DNA of 20,000 nucleotides from an uncultured virus (IMG/VR IMGVR_UViG_3300046008_001858). Taxonomy: Duplodnaviria; Heunggongvirae; Uroviricota; Caudoviricetes. Shown one piece after another: positions 1 to 8,025 of the stretch. The notes below the pieces were generated by a model, which was not told where the DNA came from, ran no database searches, and worked only from the letters and a program-made list of their open reading frames with translations. Each line of letters starts with the position of its first letter. Within the stretch, counting starts at the first letter, position 1. Where the stretch lies: IMG/VR virus record IMGVR_UViG_3300046008_001858. One strand, given 5' to 3'. Position numbers and translations under genes: made by a program.

Positions 1-144
1 TTTGATTATAACATAGATAATGATAAATCTTATTTGATTTAATATATAAAATTAAAAAATATGATATTATTTTAATAATAAAAAATAACAGCTTTTAAAT
101 TATTATTTAAAATATATATATGAATTAAGTATAAGGGTGATAAA

Positions 145-2091
145 ATGTTGAAATCATTAAATGAATTTTTAGAAATTGGTGTATTAGAAACTGATTCAGA
201 TGACGAAAAACTTGCAAAAAAAATGGTAACATTTTTACCAATAGGTATTGGTGTATTAGCCGTTTTTTGGAGTTCAATATATTTCTATTTAGGTCATTAT
301 CTATCAGCATTAATTCCTTTTATATACGCAGTCATATCAATGATTAGTGTATGGAGAATATCTATTACTAAAAGATTAGAAACTATTCAACTAACACAAT
401 TGACATTGGTATTAATATTACCATTTGTATTAATGTGGACGCTTGGAGGCTATGAAGCAGGAAGTTTTGTTTTAATTTGGGCTTTCTTTGCACCAGTAGC
501 TGCATTATCACTCGGAAAAGAAAGGAGTATTTATTGGTTTTTTGCTTTTTTAATCTTAACTTTAATTTCGGCAGTAATAGACAATCATTTAAAAGAAACT
601 GTTGAGAGAATCCCGTCAATATGGATCCATTCATTCTTTTTATTAAATACTTTCTGTGGGTTTACAGGGATTTATTTAATGTTAAAATATTATGTAAAAA
701 GTAGAAATGAAAGTACACAAAAAATATTAGAAAGAGAACATAAATTACTTTTAGAAAAAAGTGAAGAACTACAAATCTCAGTTGAAAGAGATCATTTAAC
801 AGGATTATATAATAGATTATCATTATTAGAACGTATAAATAATATTTTATCTGAAGATAAAAATAAAAAATTTGCACTTGGATTTATTGATTTGGATAAA
901 TTTAAACAAATAAATGATACTTTGGGCCATAATATCGGTGACGATGTATTAATTCATGTCGCTGAAACATTATCTAAATCCGTAAGAGAAAATGATATTG
1001 TTTGCAGGTTGGGTGGAGATGAGTTTGTAATATTATTTGAAGATATTCAAAACTCAGAAGCATTATTTATAATTGTTCAAAGAATTGTCGAATCATTAAG
1101 ACACTTAATTAATTTTGGTGGAATGGATCTACAAATATCATGCAGCTTAGGAGTTTCAATATATCCAGATGATCTAACAGAAGAAGAAAAACTATTAGAT
1201 CCCAAATTAATAGCTAATTTAATTCTTAGAAATGCAGATACTGCAATGTATAAAGTAAAAGAAATTGGAAGAGATGATTTTATGTTTTATCATGAAGATA
1301 TGTATAATGAAAAAATGGATGAAATCTTAATGGAAAATGATTTAAGAACTGCATTAAAAAACGATGAATTTGAAGTTTATTATCAACCACAAATAAATAT
1401 TTTAAATAATTCAATAATAGGAATGGAAGCATTAGTTAGATGGAATCATCCAGAAAAAGGTATTGTATCTCCTATTGATTTTATTCCTATTGCTGAAAAG
1501 AATGGGTTAATTGTTAGTATAGATAGAAGTGTAATGAAAAAATCAATGAAAAATATAACTATGTGGAATGAAATGCAATTATCACCAGGTATAGTTTCAC
1601 TAAATTTATCAGCTAGACAATTAGAACAAGATGATTTTATTGTTTTTGTACAAGATATTTTAAAAGAAACTGGATGTAGAGCTGAATGGATTGAATTAGA
1701 AGTTACAGAAAGTCATATTATGAAAGATCCTGAAAAAGCAGTGACAGTTTTAAAAGAATTAGGTTTATTAGGGATAAAAATATCTATTGACGATTTTGGA
1801 GTCGGTTATTCATCTTTAACATATTTAAAAAGATTACCTATAGATAAATCATTTGTAGATGGATTACCAAATGATAAAGGAGATGTAACTATTGTTAAGG
1901 CCATAATCGGTATGGCAAAAGGGTTGGGATTAGGAATTATTGCTGAGGGTGTAGAAAATGAAGAGCAAAGTAAATTTTTATCTTCTATAGGTTGTAATTT
2001 AATGCAAGGTTATTTATGTTCAAAACCTTTAAATTCTACTGATTTTGAAGAATTTCTAAAACACGGATGTCAATATAAAAATAAAAGTTAA
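145..2091 (+). CDS. Membrane-anchored GGDEF-EAL (diguanylate cyclase/phosphodiesterase) protein; EAL domain probably degenerate
   Basis: N-terminal ~180 aa multi-TM region. GGDEF motifs DHLTGLYNR, FIDLDKFKQINDTLGHNIGD and RLGGDEF, with an RxxD I-site (REND). EAL motifs YQPQ, EALVRW, LEVTE, DDFGVGYSSL, AEGVE and QGY. Confidence 0.95.
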   Translation: MLKSLNEFLEIGVLETDSDDEKLAKKMVTFLPIGIGVLAVFWSSIYFYLGHYLSALIPFIYAVISMISVWRISITKRLETIQLTQLTLVLILPFVLMWTLGGYEAGSFVLIWAFFAPVAALSLGKERSIYWFFAFLILTLISAVIDNHLKETVERIPSIWIHSFFLLNTFCGFTGIYLMLKYYVKSRNESTQKILEREHKLLLEKSEELQISVERDHLTGLYNRLSLLERINNILSEDKNKKFALGFIDLDKFKQINDTLGHNIGDDVLIHVAETLSKSVRENDIVCRLGGDEFVILFEDIQNSEALFIIVQRIVESLRHLINFGGMDLQISCSLGVSIYPDDLTEEEKLLDPKLIANLILRNADTAMYKVKEIGRDDFMFYHEDMYNEKMDEILMENDLRTALKNDEFEVYYQPQINILNNSIIGMEALVRWNHPEKGIVSPIDFIPIAEKNGLIVSIDRSVMKKSMKNITMWNEMQLSPGIVSLNLSARQLEQDDFIVFVQDILKETGCRAEWIELEVTESHIMKDPEKAVTVLKELGLLGIKISIDDFGVGYSSLTYLKRLPIDKSFVDGLPNDKGDVTIVKAIIGMAKGLGLGIIAEGVENEEQSKFLSSIGCNLMQGYLCSKPLNSTDFEEFLKHGCQYKNKS

Positions 2092-2162
2092 TTTATTCAC
2101 ATTTTAAGTAATATAACAAATAAGTTCTTCAACTGAAGACAAATTTAAGGAAAGGTTGAAAT

Positions 2163-2327
2163 ATGAGTATTTTTCAAGCTTCACGGAATAATCAAATTAC
2201 AGCAGAATACTATTTCTGTTTGGTAGGACAAATCAATCGAGGAACGTGCTCTAAAAAAGTACAAAAAATAACTAGACGCAATGGCAGTCATAATTATGAG
2301 ACTTATCATTTGATAAGTGAAAGATGA
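2163..2327 (+). CDS. Small hypothetical protein (54 aa, MSIFQASRNN...LISER), not in ORF track
   Basis: AAGGAAAGG RBS before the ATG at 2163, open frame to TGA at 2327, directly followed by the RBS of the next gene. Confidence 0.6.
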   Translation: MSIFQASRNNQITAEYYFCLVGQINRGTCSKKVQKITRRNGSHNYETYHLISER

Positions 2328-2339
2328 GAAAGGTTAAAA

Positions 2340-2696
2340 ATGTTTGAAATTAAACTTCTTGAAGATGAACGAGGACGGTTTTTTGTAATCTCGTATAGTT
2401 CTGAACTTCTTGGTACCGCAATAAAAGTAGGTTTAGATGACTTTATCGAACAACTTAAAAGTTTGAATAAAAATGTATCCTTAGAAATAATAAATCTGGA
2501 TAAAAATGTCTCTATTCACTTAATGGATAAAGACGGAATTCTATCAATTTTTGAATTTGACTCTTTTTCGATTGAGACAAGTGATCCAATAGATAAAATT
2601 AATAATTGGTTTTATCAACTGAAAGCAATTCGAGAAAAAATTCTATACAATAGAGATTTTTCTAAAAAACAACTTTTAAATGTATATTCATTTTAA
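2340..2696 (+). CDS. Hypothetical protein (118 aa)
   Basis: ORF with GAAAGG RBS; no recognisable motif. Confidence 0.75.
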   Translation: MFEIKLLEDERGRFFVISYSSELLGTAIKVGLDDFIEQLKSLNKNVSLEIINLDKNVSIHLMDKDGILSIFEFDSFSIETSDPIDKINNWFYQLKAIREKILYNRDFSKKQLLNVYSF

Positions 2697-2700
2697 AGTT

Positions 2701-2719
2701 CAACCACTTTTAGTGGTTG
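2701..2719 (+). terminator. Hairpin/likely terminator CAACCACT-TTT-AGTGGTTG
   Basis: Perfect 8-bp inverted repeat just after the stop at 2696. Confidence 0.55.
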
Positions 2720-2816
2720 TTATAGAAATACCTAAATTAAGTACTTTATAAGCCGAGTTAGTATATAATATCAAAAAAATTTTTGATAAATTTGCTAAAT
2801 AGGAGTTAAAATATTA

Positions 2817-3236
2817 ATGGATGAGTTAAATTTTTTATATAGAAAAGCTGAAGAACCGTCAAAAGACATGTCTGAATATTGGAAATATACTATTTCTAAA
2901 AATGAATATCCAAAACATACAGAATATGGTGGAAAATGGCTAATTTTTTGTGATAAAAAAACAGTTGACAATACTTGGATACGATTGCAGGATATTCAAC
3001 AAAAAGGTATGCTTGGAAATGTAATGAAAGTAGCAACAGCACTATCAGCAATGCGCTTTAATGGACAACATGTAATTTGTATATATACTTATGACTCTCG
3101 AGATAATAATGACGTAATACGTGTCAGAGATAGTTTAAAATCGATTGGATTTAAGGACCCATTAAACTATAAAAGAGATATCGAGACAAAGAATGGAGTT
3201 TATGGAAATGAAAATGAATTTTTCTTAACAATTTAA
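2817..3236 (+). CDS. DUF1917 / BLES03-like (eIF4E-like fold) protein
   Basis: Motif order GGKWLIF...VDNTW...KVAT...HVICIYTYD..D..DV.RV...YK.D..T..GVY matches the DUF1917 pattern as I recall it. AGGAG RBS. Confidence 0.75.
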   Translation: MDELNFLYRKAEEPSKDMSEYWKYTISKNEYPKHTEYGGKWLIFCDKKTVDNTWIRLQDIQQKGMLGNVMKVATALSAMRFNGQHVICIYTYDSRDNNDVIRVRDSLKSIGFKDPLNYKRDIETKNGVYGNENEFFLTI

Positions 3237-3411
3237 ACAAAAAGATAAAGGTCTCTCATTTCCTTTTTAAATCTGTTCTAATTATTAATTAGCGATACTG
3301 CCGAGAGGTTCACAGCGTTATTCTTTTTGTTAAAAGATATTATACATTAATATTCATATATTATCAGATATAATTATAAAAGTAATTATTAAATAAAACG
3401 GGGAAACAGTT

Positions 3412-4497
3412 ATGAAAAAAGTACTATTATTAAATTTAATTTCTATAAATTTAATTTTTGGATCTGATACATTTATTAATCCATTACCTACTTCTGTTAA
3501 GTCTATAGATAATGGTGGAACTTTACAGGCTATAGATGCCTATAAAGATGGCATTGGAGCTGAATTAATGGATAAACCAGGTGTAGCTACAGATAATAGT
3601 GCATTTAACACTCTTTCTTTAAAATATGGTGAGGCAGCCAAGACAAATAATACAACAATAGTTGATCAAGTTATTAATGGAACTGGTTCAGCTGCAGATA
3701 AAATTATTGCTGGTAAATTAACATTAAATGGATCAGCATGTAATGACAGTAATGCTGCAACAACTGGTGAAACATGGTTAAATGGATCATGTCAAGGTGG
3801 AACAAATACAAATGGTAATCCTTGTAACGACGGAAATTCGCAAACTATTAATGATATTTACACCAATGGTATTTGTGCAGGAGCAATTCCATTATCATGT
3901 AATGAAATAAAAATCGCATTACCATCTTCAATTACAGGAAACTATACAATTGATCCAGATGGTTCAGGTGGTAATAGTCCATTTGTAGCTTCTTGTGATA
4001 TGACTACAAATGGCGGTGGATGGACTTTAGTTTTTTATTCAAATAGTGATAATGTTTCAAGAGCGACAATTTCTAGTGGAGATTGGAATAATGGGCCAGC
4101 AATTAATTTTTCTCGTTTATGGTCAATGAGAAATATAAAAAATAATGGGGTTTATGAATTTTATGTAAAAGATAGTTCTATAATAGGAAGAGATATTTGG
4201 TTTACGCAAACCAATTCTTATATCTCTAATCCAATTGGAAATAATTTCTTACAATTGGGAGGAAATTTATATTATTCTAGTCAAACAGATGGAACAACAT
4301 GGCAAGGACTATCAACTGGTAATTATGGAAATACAGCATTTCAAGCAAGTTGTACATTAGCTATGGCGTCAGAAGGTCATTCTTGGACATATTGTTTACA
4401 AGATCAATTAACAGGTAGCTATAATACTGGACCTTGGTTTTATAATGGTGGATATGACGCAGGCTCACAACAATGGGTTCAAGTTTGGCAAAAATAG
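3412..4497 (+). CDS. Secreted modular protein, family copy 1: conserved N-domain + 2 Cys repeats + fibrinogen-like C-domain
   Basis: Signal-peptide-like N-terminus. N-domain shared with 15507-16670 and 19707-end. SCNEIK...GNYTIDPDG...CDMTTNGGGWTLV is the fibrinogen-related (CDxxxxGGGW) signature. Confidence 0.85.
   Translation: MKKVLLLNLISINLIFGSDTFINPLPTSVKSIDNGGTLQAIDAYKDGIGAELMDKPGVATDNSAFNTLSLKYGEAAKTNNTTIVDQVINGTGSAADKIIAGKLTLNGSACNDSNAATTGETWLNGSCQGGTNTNGNPCNDGNSQTINDIYTNGICAGAIPLSCNEIKIALPSSITGNYTIDPDGSGGNSPFVASCDMTTNGGGWTLVFYSNSDNVSRATISSGDWNNGPAINFSRLWSMRNIKNNGVYEFYVKDSSIIGRDIWFTQTNSYISNPIGNNFLQLGGNLYYSSQTDGTTWQGLSTGNYGNTAFQASCTLAMASEGHSWTYCLQDQLTGSYNTGPWFYNGGYDAGSQQWVQVWQK
3727..3891 (+). 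repeat. Two in-frame Cys-pair repeats (NGxxCND..T.....NGxC.G)
   Basis: NGSACNDSNAATTGETWLNGSCQGG and NGNPCNDGNSQTINDIYTNGICAGAIP. Confidence 0.85.
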
Positions 4498-4576
4498 TAT
4501 TTTTTTATTTAAAAATACTATAACAAAATAATACTTTTCATTTTATTGAATTGTAATTTTAACAAAAGGATTTATT

Positions 4577-4792
4577 ATGAGTGAATTAGACACTTTAAAT
4601 AAAGAAGTCATGGAAAGAATTGAGTTACTAGCAGATTCTTATTGTTTATTACTTAAACAAAAACAAAAAGAAGAAGCAGTTAAAATGTCTGAAATTATTA
4701 AGTTTTTTTCAGATTTATATAAATGCGCAGATAAAAACAATAAAGAAGAATTGCAATCAATTTTAAATGAATTAATTGCAAATGAAAGCTAA
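4577..4792 (+). CDS. Hypothetical helical protein (71 aa)
   Basis: AAAGGA RBS, open frame, followed by a hairpin. Confidence 0.75.
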   Translation: MSELDTLNKEVMERIELLADSYCLLLKQKQKEEAVKMSEIIKFFSDLYKCADKNNKEELQSILNELIANES

Positions 4793-4793
4793 C

Positions 4794-4813
4794 GTCAGAC
4801 ATTTTTGTCTGAC
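4794..4813 (+). terminator. Hairpin GTCAGACA-TTTT-TGTCTGAC
   Basis: Perfect 8-bp inverted repeat immediately after the stop codon. Confidence 0.6.
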
Positions 4814-4841
4814 TAAAATTCTTATAGAATATAAACTTATT

Positions 4842-4862
4842 TTAAGAATAATTAAATATAAT
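4842..4862 (+). promoter_or_regulatory. Putative sigma70-type promoter for the ncRNA locus
   Basis: TTAAG-N10-TATAAT, the same pattern seen upstream of several genes in the window, with no credible ORF downstream. Confidence 0.5.
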
Positions 4863-4977
4863 TCGATTGAGTTGATCATCTCGTTTAAAATGATATCCTT
4901 TGTAAAGCCTACTAAAAGTTTAGTTAGGTCGATAATATAGATTAAGGATCGGAAAACTGTTCGGTCGAGGATTCTAT

Positions 4978-5152
4978 TATATAGTGGCGAAAGATAGACG
5001 CAAATTAATAATTGATAGTGAATTAACACAAGTCTGTGTAAAGTTGTAGTTCCTGTGTGGGTAATGCTAAATCATAGACATACTACCAAAATTGGTAGTA
5101 AAAACTTTTATTAATTCCTACAATTTATAGGTGGTAGGCCTATAGCTATATT
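4978..5152 (+). ncRNA. tRNA-like RNA 1 with oversized anticodon-arm insert
   Basis: Acceptor ATATAG/CTATAT; D-arm TG-GCG-AAAGATAGA-CGC; 9-bp stem AATTAATAA(5003-5011)/TTATTAATT(5108-5116) enclosing ~96 nt with internal hairpins; T-like arm ATAGG-TGGTAGG-CCTAT. Confidence 0.6.
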
Positions 5153-5241
5153 AATTAAATTAATATCTGGTTCGATTCCAGTTGGTGGAAGTAACTTCGT
5201 GCGTACTCAAATGCTATTCCATGGTGGAAAATTTTTTTAAT

Positions 5242-5427
5242 AATGAAGTGGCGGAATATAGACGCTAATCAGGATAGGTGCAGAGTTTGAGTTGTACAAC
5301 ACAAAATAACTCGTTTCAATCGTGGCAAGGGGATGTACACCTGGCAATGTCAAAAAGAGCACTTTTCATGCAACGAAAGTTGATCAAGAATTTTATTCGA
5401 AGATGGTGAAAGTCCCATGACTTCATA
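5242..5427 (+). ncRNA. tRNA-like RNA 2 with oversized anticodon-arm insert
   Basis: Acceptor ATGAAG(5243-5248)/CTTCAT(5421-5426); tRNA-Leu-like D-arm TG-GCG-GAATATAGA-CGC; ~110-nt structured insert; T-like arm ATGG-TGAAAGTC-CCAT. Confidence 0.6.
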
Positions 5428-5670
5428 AGTTTACAAAAGTAAACCGTTTTGAACATTACGAAAAATGTCTATCGAGGTGCTAGAACCAGCGTAGCAAACT
5501 AGAAGTAATTTAACACTGAATAAATCGGGTTTAAATTATAGTTTACTGTCTTAACAGGGATTGTGGCTTGAGAGCAAGGTAGCCGAGAAAACTTCTTGCA
5601 GAGTAGATTATCAATCATCTACCAGAGTTGAATAACTCAATAAAATTCCTACAGACGTGTAGGTAATTTT
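5428..5670 (+). ncRNA. Putative multi-hairpin structured RNA of unknown class
   Basis: Successive stems GTTTAC/GTAAAC, ACATT/AATGT, TAATTTAA/TTAAATTA, GGCT/AGCC, GTAGAT/ATCTAC, GAGTT/AACTC and CCTACA/TGTAGG. GC is higher than in flanking intergenic DNA and the track shows no ORF here. Confidence 0.45.
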
Positions 5671-5754
5671 ACCTTTATTATGTTGATTAAATATTTTTAT
5701 TAAGATAAATATCTAACTAATTTTTAAGTTACTACTCATTTATATTCTCTTTAA

Positions 5755-6225
5755 TTACTTAATTTGTATTCCTAATGATTTAAATATAAAAGTTATTATT
5801 AATCCAATAATAATCGCTATAATAATAGATATTATTATTCCAACAATAACGCTACCAGCAGATTGCTTCATATCATTATTTTCGATTGTTTTAAAAAATT
5901 TACCTTTAATTTTAATATTATTATCATTTAAATAAATTATTGTGTATTGATAAAGTCCAAATCCTAATCCCATAACTAAAAATTGTGTCATTTTAAAATC
6001 GACATAAGTCATTATTGACATAATAATTAGTATTGAAATAAATCCTATAGCATAAGTAATATTTCTTTTTTTGTAATCTCCCATAGATTCATAATTTTTT
6101 GCACAAAAGTACATTCCAGCCGCTAAACCACCAATAACTGTTCCGAACACTATTTGTGTTGGAGAAAAGAACTTACCTTTAGGGGTTATATTATTTTCAG
6201 ATACTTCTTTAATATTATTTACCAT
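5755..6225 (-). CDS. Hypothetical integral membrane protein (~4 TM)
   Basis: GAGGA RBS; several hydrophobic segments; motif FFSPTQIVFGTVIGGLAAG...N...G. Confidence 0.8.
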   Translation of the reverse strand: MVNNIKEVSENNITPKGKFFSPTQIVFGTVIGGLAAGMYFCAKNYESMGDYKKRNITYAIGFISILIIMSIMTYVDFKMTQFLVMGLGFGLYQYTIIYLNDNNIKIKGKFFKTIENNDMKQSAGSVIVGIIISIIIAIIIGLIITFIFKSLGIQIK

Positions 6226-6474
6226 CTAATTTTATTCCTCCATATTGAATTATATTATGATCGACAGCAAATAAACTTGCTATTAATAATCTTTTTGTCA
6301 TTATTTTCTCCTGTTTTATGGCCGTTTTACGGTTATAGTATTTATCGAAGTTGAAGTATATCTTATTTTTTTAATAAAAATATATTTTGCATGGTTATTA
6401 TATTTATTTATACAATGATAAGTCAAATTTTAACATTTTTTATAATTATTGCGGATATTTTTACGGCCATTAAA

Positions 6475-6490
6475 TCCCAGAATATTGGGA
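6475..6490 (-). terminator. Hairpin TCCCA-N6-TGGGA, probable terminator of the 6538-7014 gene
   Basis: Short GC-containing inverted repeat with A/T-rich flanks downstream of the minus-strand gene. Confidence 0.4.
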
Positions 6491-6537
6491 CTTAAATGAA
6501 TATATGTACTTAAATATTGCTGATATTTTTGCTGATA

Positions 6538-7014
6538 TTAAATAACTGTAAGATGCTGATATTTTGATTTCAATCTTAAATACTCGTCATATTCTTTTTT
6601 TTCAGATTCATTTTCTAATTTATTGAAAACCATTCTATTTAAATATAGTTTTATACTTTGATTTCCACTTAAATAAGTAAAAGAATTCTTAACAGAATTC
6701 AAAATATAAGGATAAACTTTATTTGATTCTTTTCTATGTAAATCATTATAAGATTCGAAATTTAAATCAATATCTTTAATATAAGATATCAATCCTTCCT
6801 TTTGATTATATTTATTAAAAACTCTTTCTTTAATAGAACTAATTAATGATTCTAAACATTCTTTAATAATATTTTCATCTGCATATTCATTTAAAATAAT
6901 ACTTTTTGAATAAGACTCAAAAGATTCTTCAAAATAACCATCTTCATTTCTTAAATCAAAATCTCCATCTGTTTCAATTTGAATATTAATTTCTAATGCT
7001 TTTTCTACTTTCAT
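6538..7014 (-). CDS. Phage-type hypothetical protein
   Basis: AAGGGG RBS favours the ATG at 7014. Upstream TTAAG-N11-TATAAT (7082-7061). C-terminal EKKEYDEYLRLKSKY resembles ends common in phage hypothetical proteins. Confidence 0.75.
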   Translation of the reverse strand: MKVEKALEINIQIETDGDFDLRNEDGYFEESFESYSKSIILNEYADENIIKECLESLISSIKERVFNKYNQKEGLISYIKDIDLNFESYNDLHRKESNKVYPYILNSVKNSFTYLSGNQSIKLYLNRMVFNKLENESEKKEYDEYLRLKSKYQHLTVI

Positions 7015-7142
7015 GATCAAACCCCTTATTTGGTACTATTTATTTGTAATAATTAATATAATTATAATCAAATTAAACTTAAAGTTACCAATGAACTGAT
7101 ATTTTTTGTTATAATTATATCAATATAACAGGAGAATTAAAA

Positions 7143-7517
7143 ATGAAAAAAATATTATTATTAAGTATTCTATACTCTTTATCTTTTGCATCGTTTAAAG
7201 AAATATCATACAGAGAAGCAACAAAAAATACTGATAAAGCAATTTGGATGCTAGATAGACATAAATGTGTGACTTCTGTTGAGCATGTAAAAGAAGCACT
7301 TGGAAATGAAGATATAAAAACAAAAGAAGCTATCAAAATTATTTTTGAGGATTATTATGCAGCAGGAAAACTTTATGATTCTCAAACATCCTTTTTTATA
7401 GATAAAAATAAAAATAAAATAAAAGTTATCAGTGATTCTGGAGTACATTTATTTTTTAAAAATAAAAAAGATTGTAAAAAATTAGAAAAACCATTAAAAA
7501 ATAGTATTTTTTTATAA
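7143..7517 (+). CDS. Secreted hypothetical protein
   Basis: AGGAG RBS; Sec signal MKKILLLSILYSLSFA. Confidence 0.8.
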   Translation: MKKILLLSILYSLSFASFKEISYREATKNTDKAIWMLDRHKCVTSVEHVKEALGNEDIKTKEAIKIIFEDYYAAGKLYDSQTSFFIDKNKNKIKVISDSGVHLFFKNKKDCKKLEKPLKNSIFL

Positions 7518-7559
7518 AATAATCATATTACTTAGTAATTTTTATACTAAGGATTTATA

Positions 7560-7736
7560 ATGACACGTCTAAACAATGTTCCTACAGCGGATTATATGGG
7601 CTTTTACTTTACTGACGGTACTAAGTATTACTTTGGTGGTACATCTAATATCGAAGGTGAAGTTGCAGAACAAGACATGGAAATCATGTGGCGCAATTTA
7701 CGTGCAGCATGGTATCTCGAATCAAAACGGAAGTAA
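7560..7736 (+). CDS. Small hypothetical protein (58 aa, MTRLNNVPTADYMGFYFTDG...WYLESKRK), not in ORF track
   Basis: AAGGA RBS, ATG at 7560, protein-like composition; the stop lies in the loop of the terminator hairpin. Confidence 0.75.
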   Translation: MTRLNNVPTADYMGFYFTDGTKYYFGGTSNIEGEVAEQDMEIMWRNLRAAWYLESKRK

Positions 7737-7745
7737 TTCCGTTTT
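7724..7745. terminator. Bidirectional intrinsic terminator AAAACGGAA-GTAA-TTCCGTTTT
   Basis: Perfect 9-bp inverted repeat between two convergent small genes. Confidence 0.7.
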
Positions 7746-7749
7746 ACTT

Positions 7750-7848
7750 TTAGTAAAATGATTTTAATTTATCTATTATTGGCAATAAAGTTATTATTAC
7801 TAAAATAATCGTAATGAATATTCTTATTGTAATTTCTTTTTTTGACAT
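7750..7848 (-). CDS. 32-aa single-TM micropeptide (MSKKEITIRIFITIILVIITLLPIIDKLKSFY)
   Basis: Strong AAGGAGA RBS shortly before the ATG; basic N-terminus followed by a hydrophobic helix. Confidence 0.6.
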   Translation of the reverse strand: MSKKEITIRIFITIILVIITLLPIIDKLKSFY

Positions 7849-8025
7849 AAATGTCTCCTTTAATAAAAATATTAGATTAAATATTTAAATATAACTATAA
7901 CATAATTAATTATTTCAATTTTATACATATATAAAAGCTTTAAGCTTAATATAATAAAGTATAAGATATGATTTAAAATCTAAAAAATAAAAAGCGCTTT
8001 AAAATAGCAGCTAGAGGACAAAAAA

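Noticed and set aside
125..877. Minus-strand ORFs inside the GGDEF-EAL gene (likewise 6154+, 7115-, 7251-, 9093-, 10763-, 11790-, 13117-, 17165+, 19604-)
   Set aside because: Shadow ORFs antisense to well-supported genes.
4984..5005. GACGCAAA resembling a c-di-GMP-I riboswitch
   Set aside because: The GGCAAA-stem-GAAA-stem arm and the second hairpin are missing; the tRNA-like D-arm explains the sequence better.
4772..5029. 85-aa minus-strand ORF
   Set aside because: No RBS, overlaps a real gene and lies antisense to the structured RNA; likely spurious.
4978..5427. Calling these canonical tRNA-Leu genes or group I intron tRNAs
   Set aside because: No 7-nt anticodon loop, T-loops lack TTC, and the inserts are short with no group I core motifs that I could recognise.
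5469..5590. GAGGTGC / ACTGTC / GCCGA fragments reminiscent of a lysine riboswitch
   Set aside because: Motifs are in the wrong order and there is no same-strand downstream gene.
7576..7761. 61-aa ORF from the track
   Set aside because: The overlapping frame 7560-7736 has the RBS and ends at the terminator.
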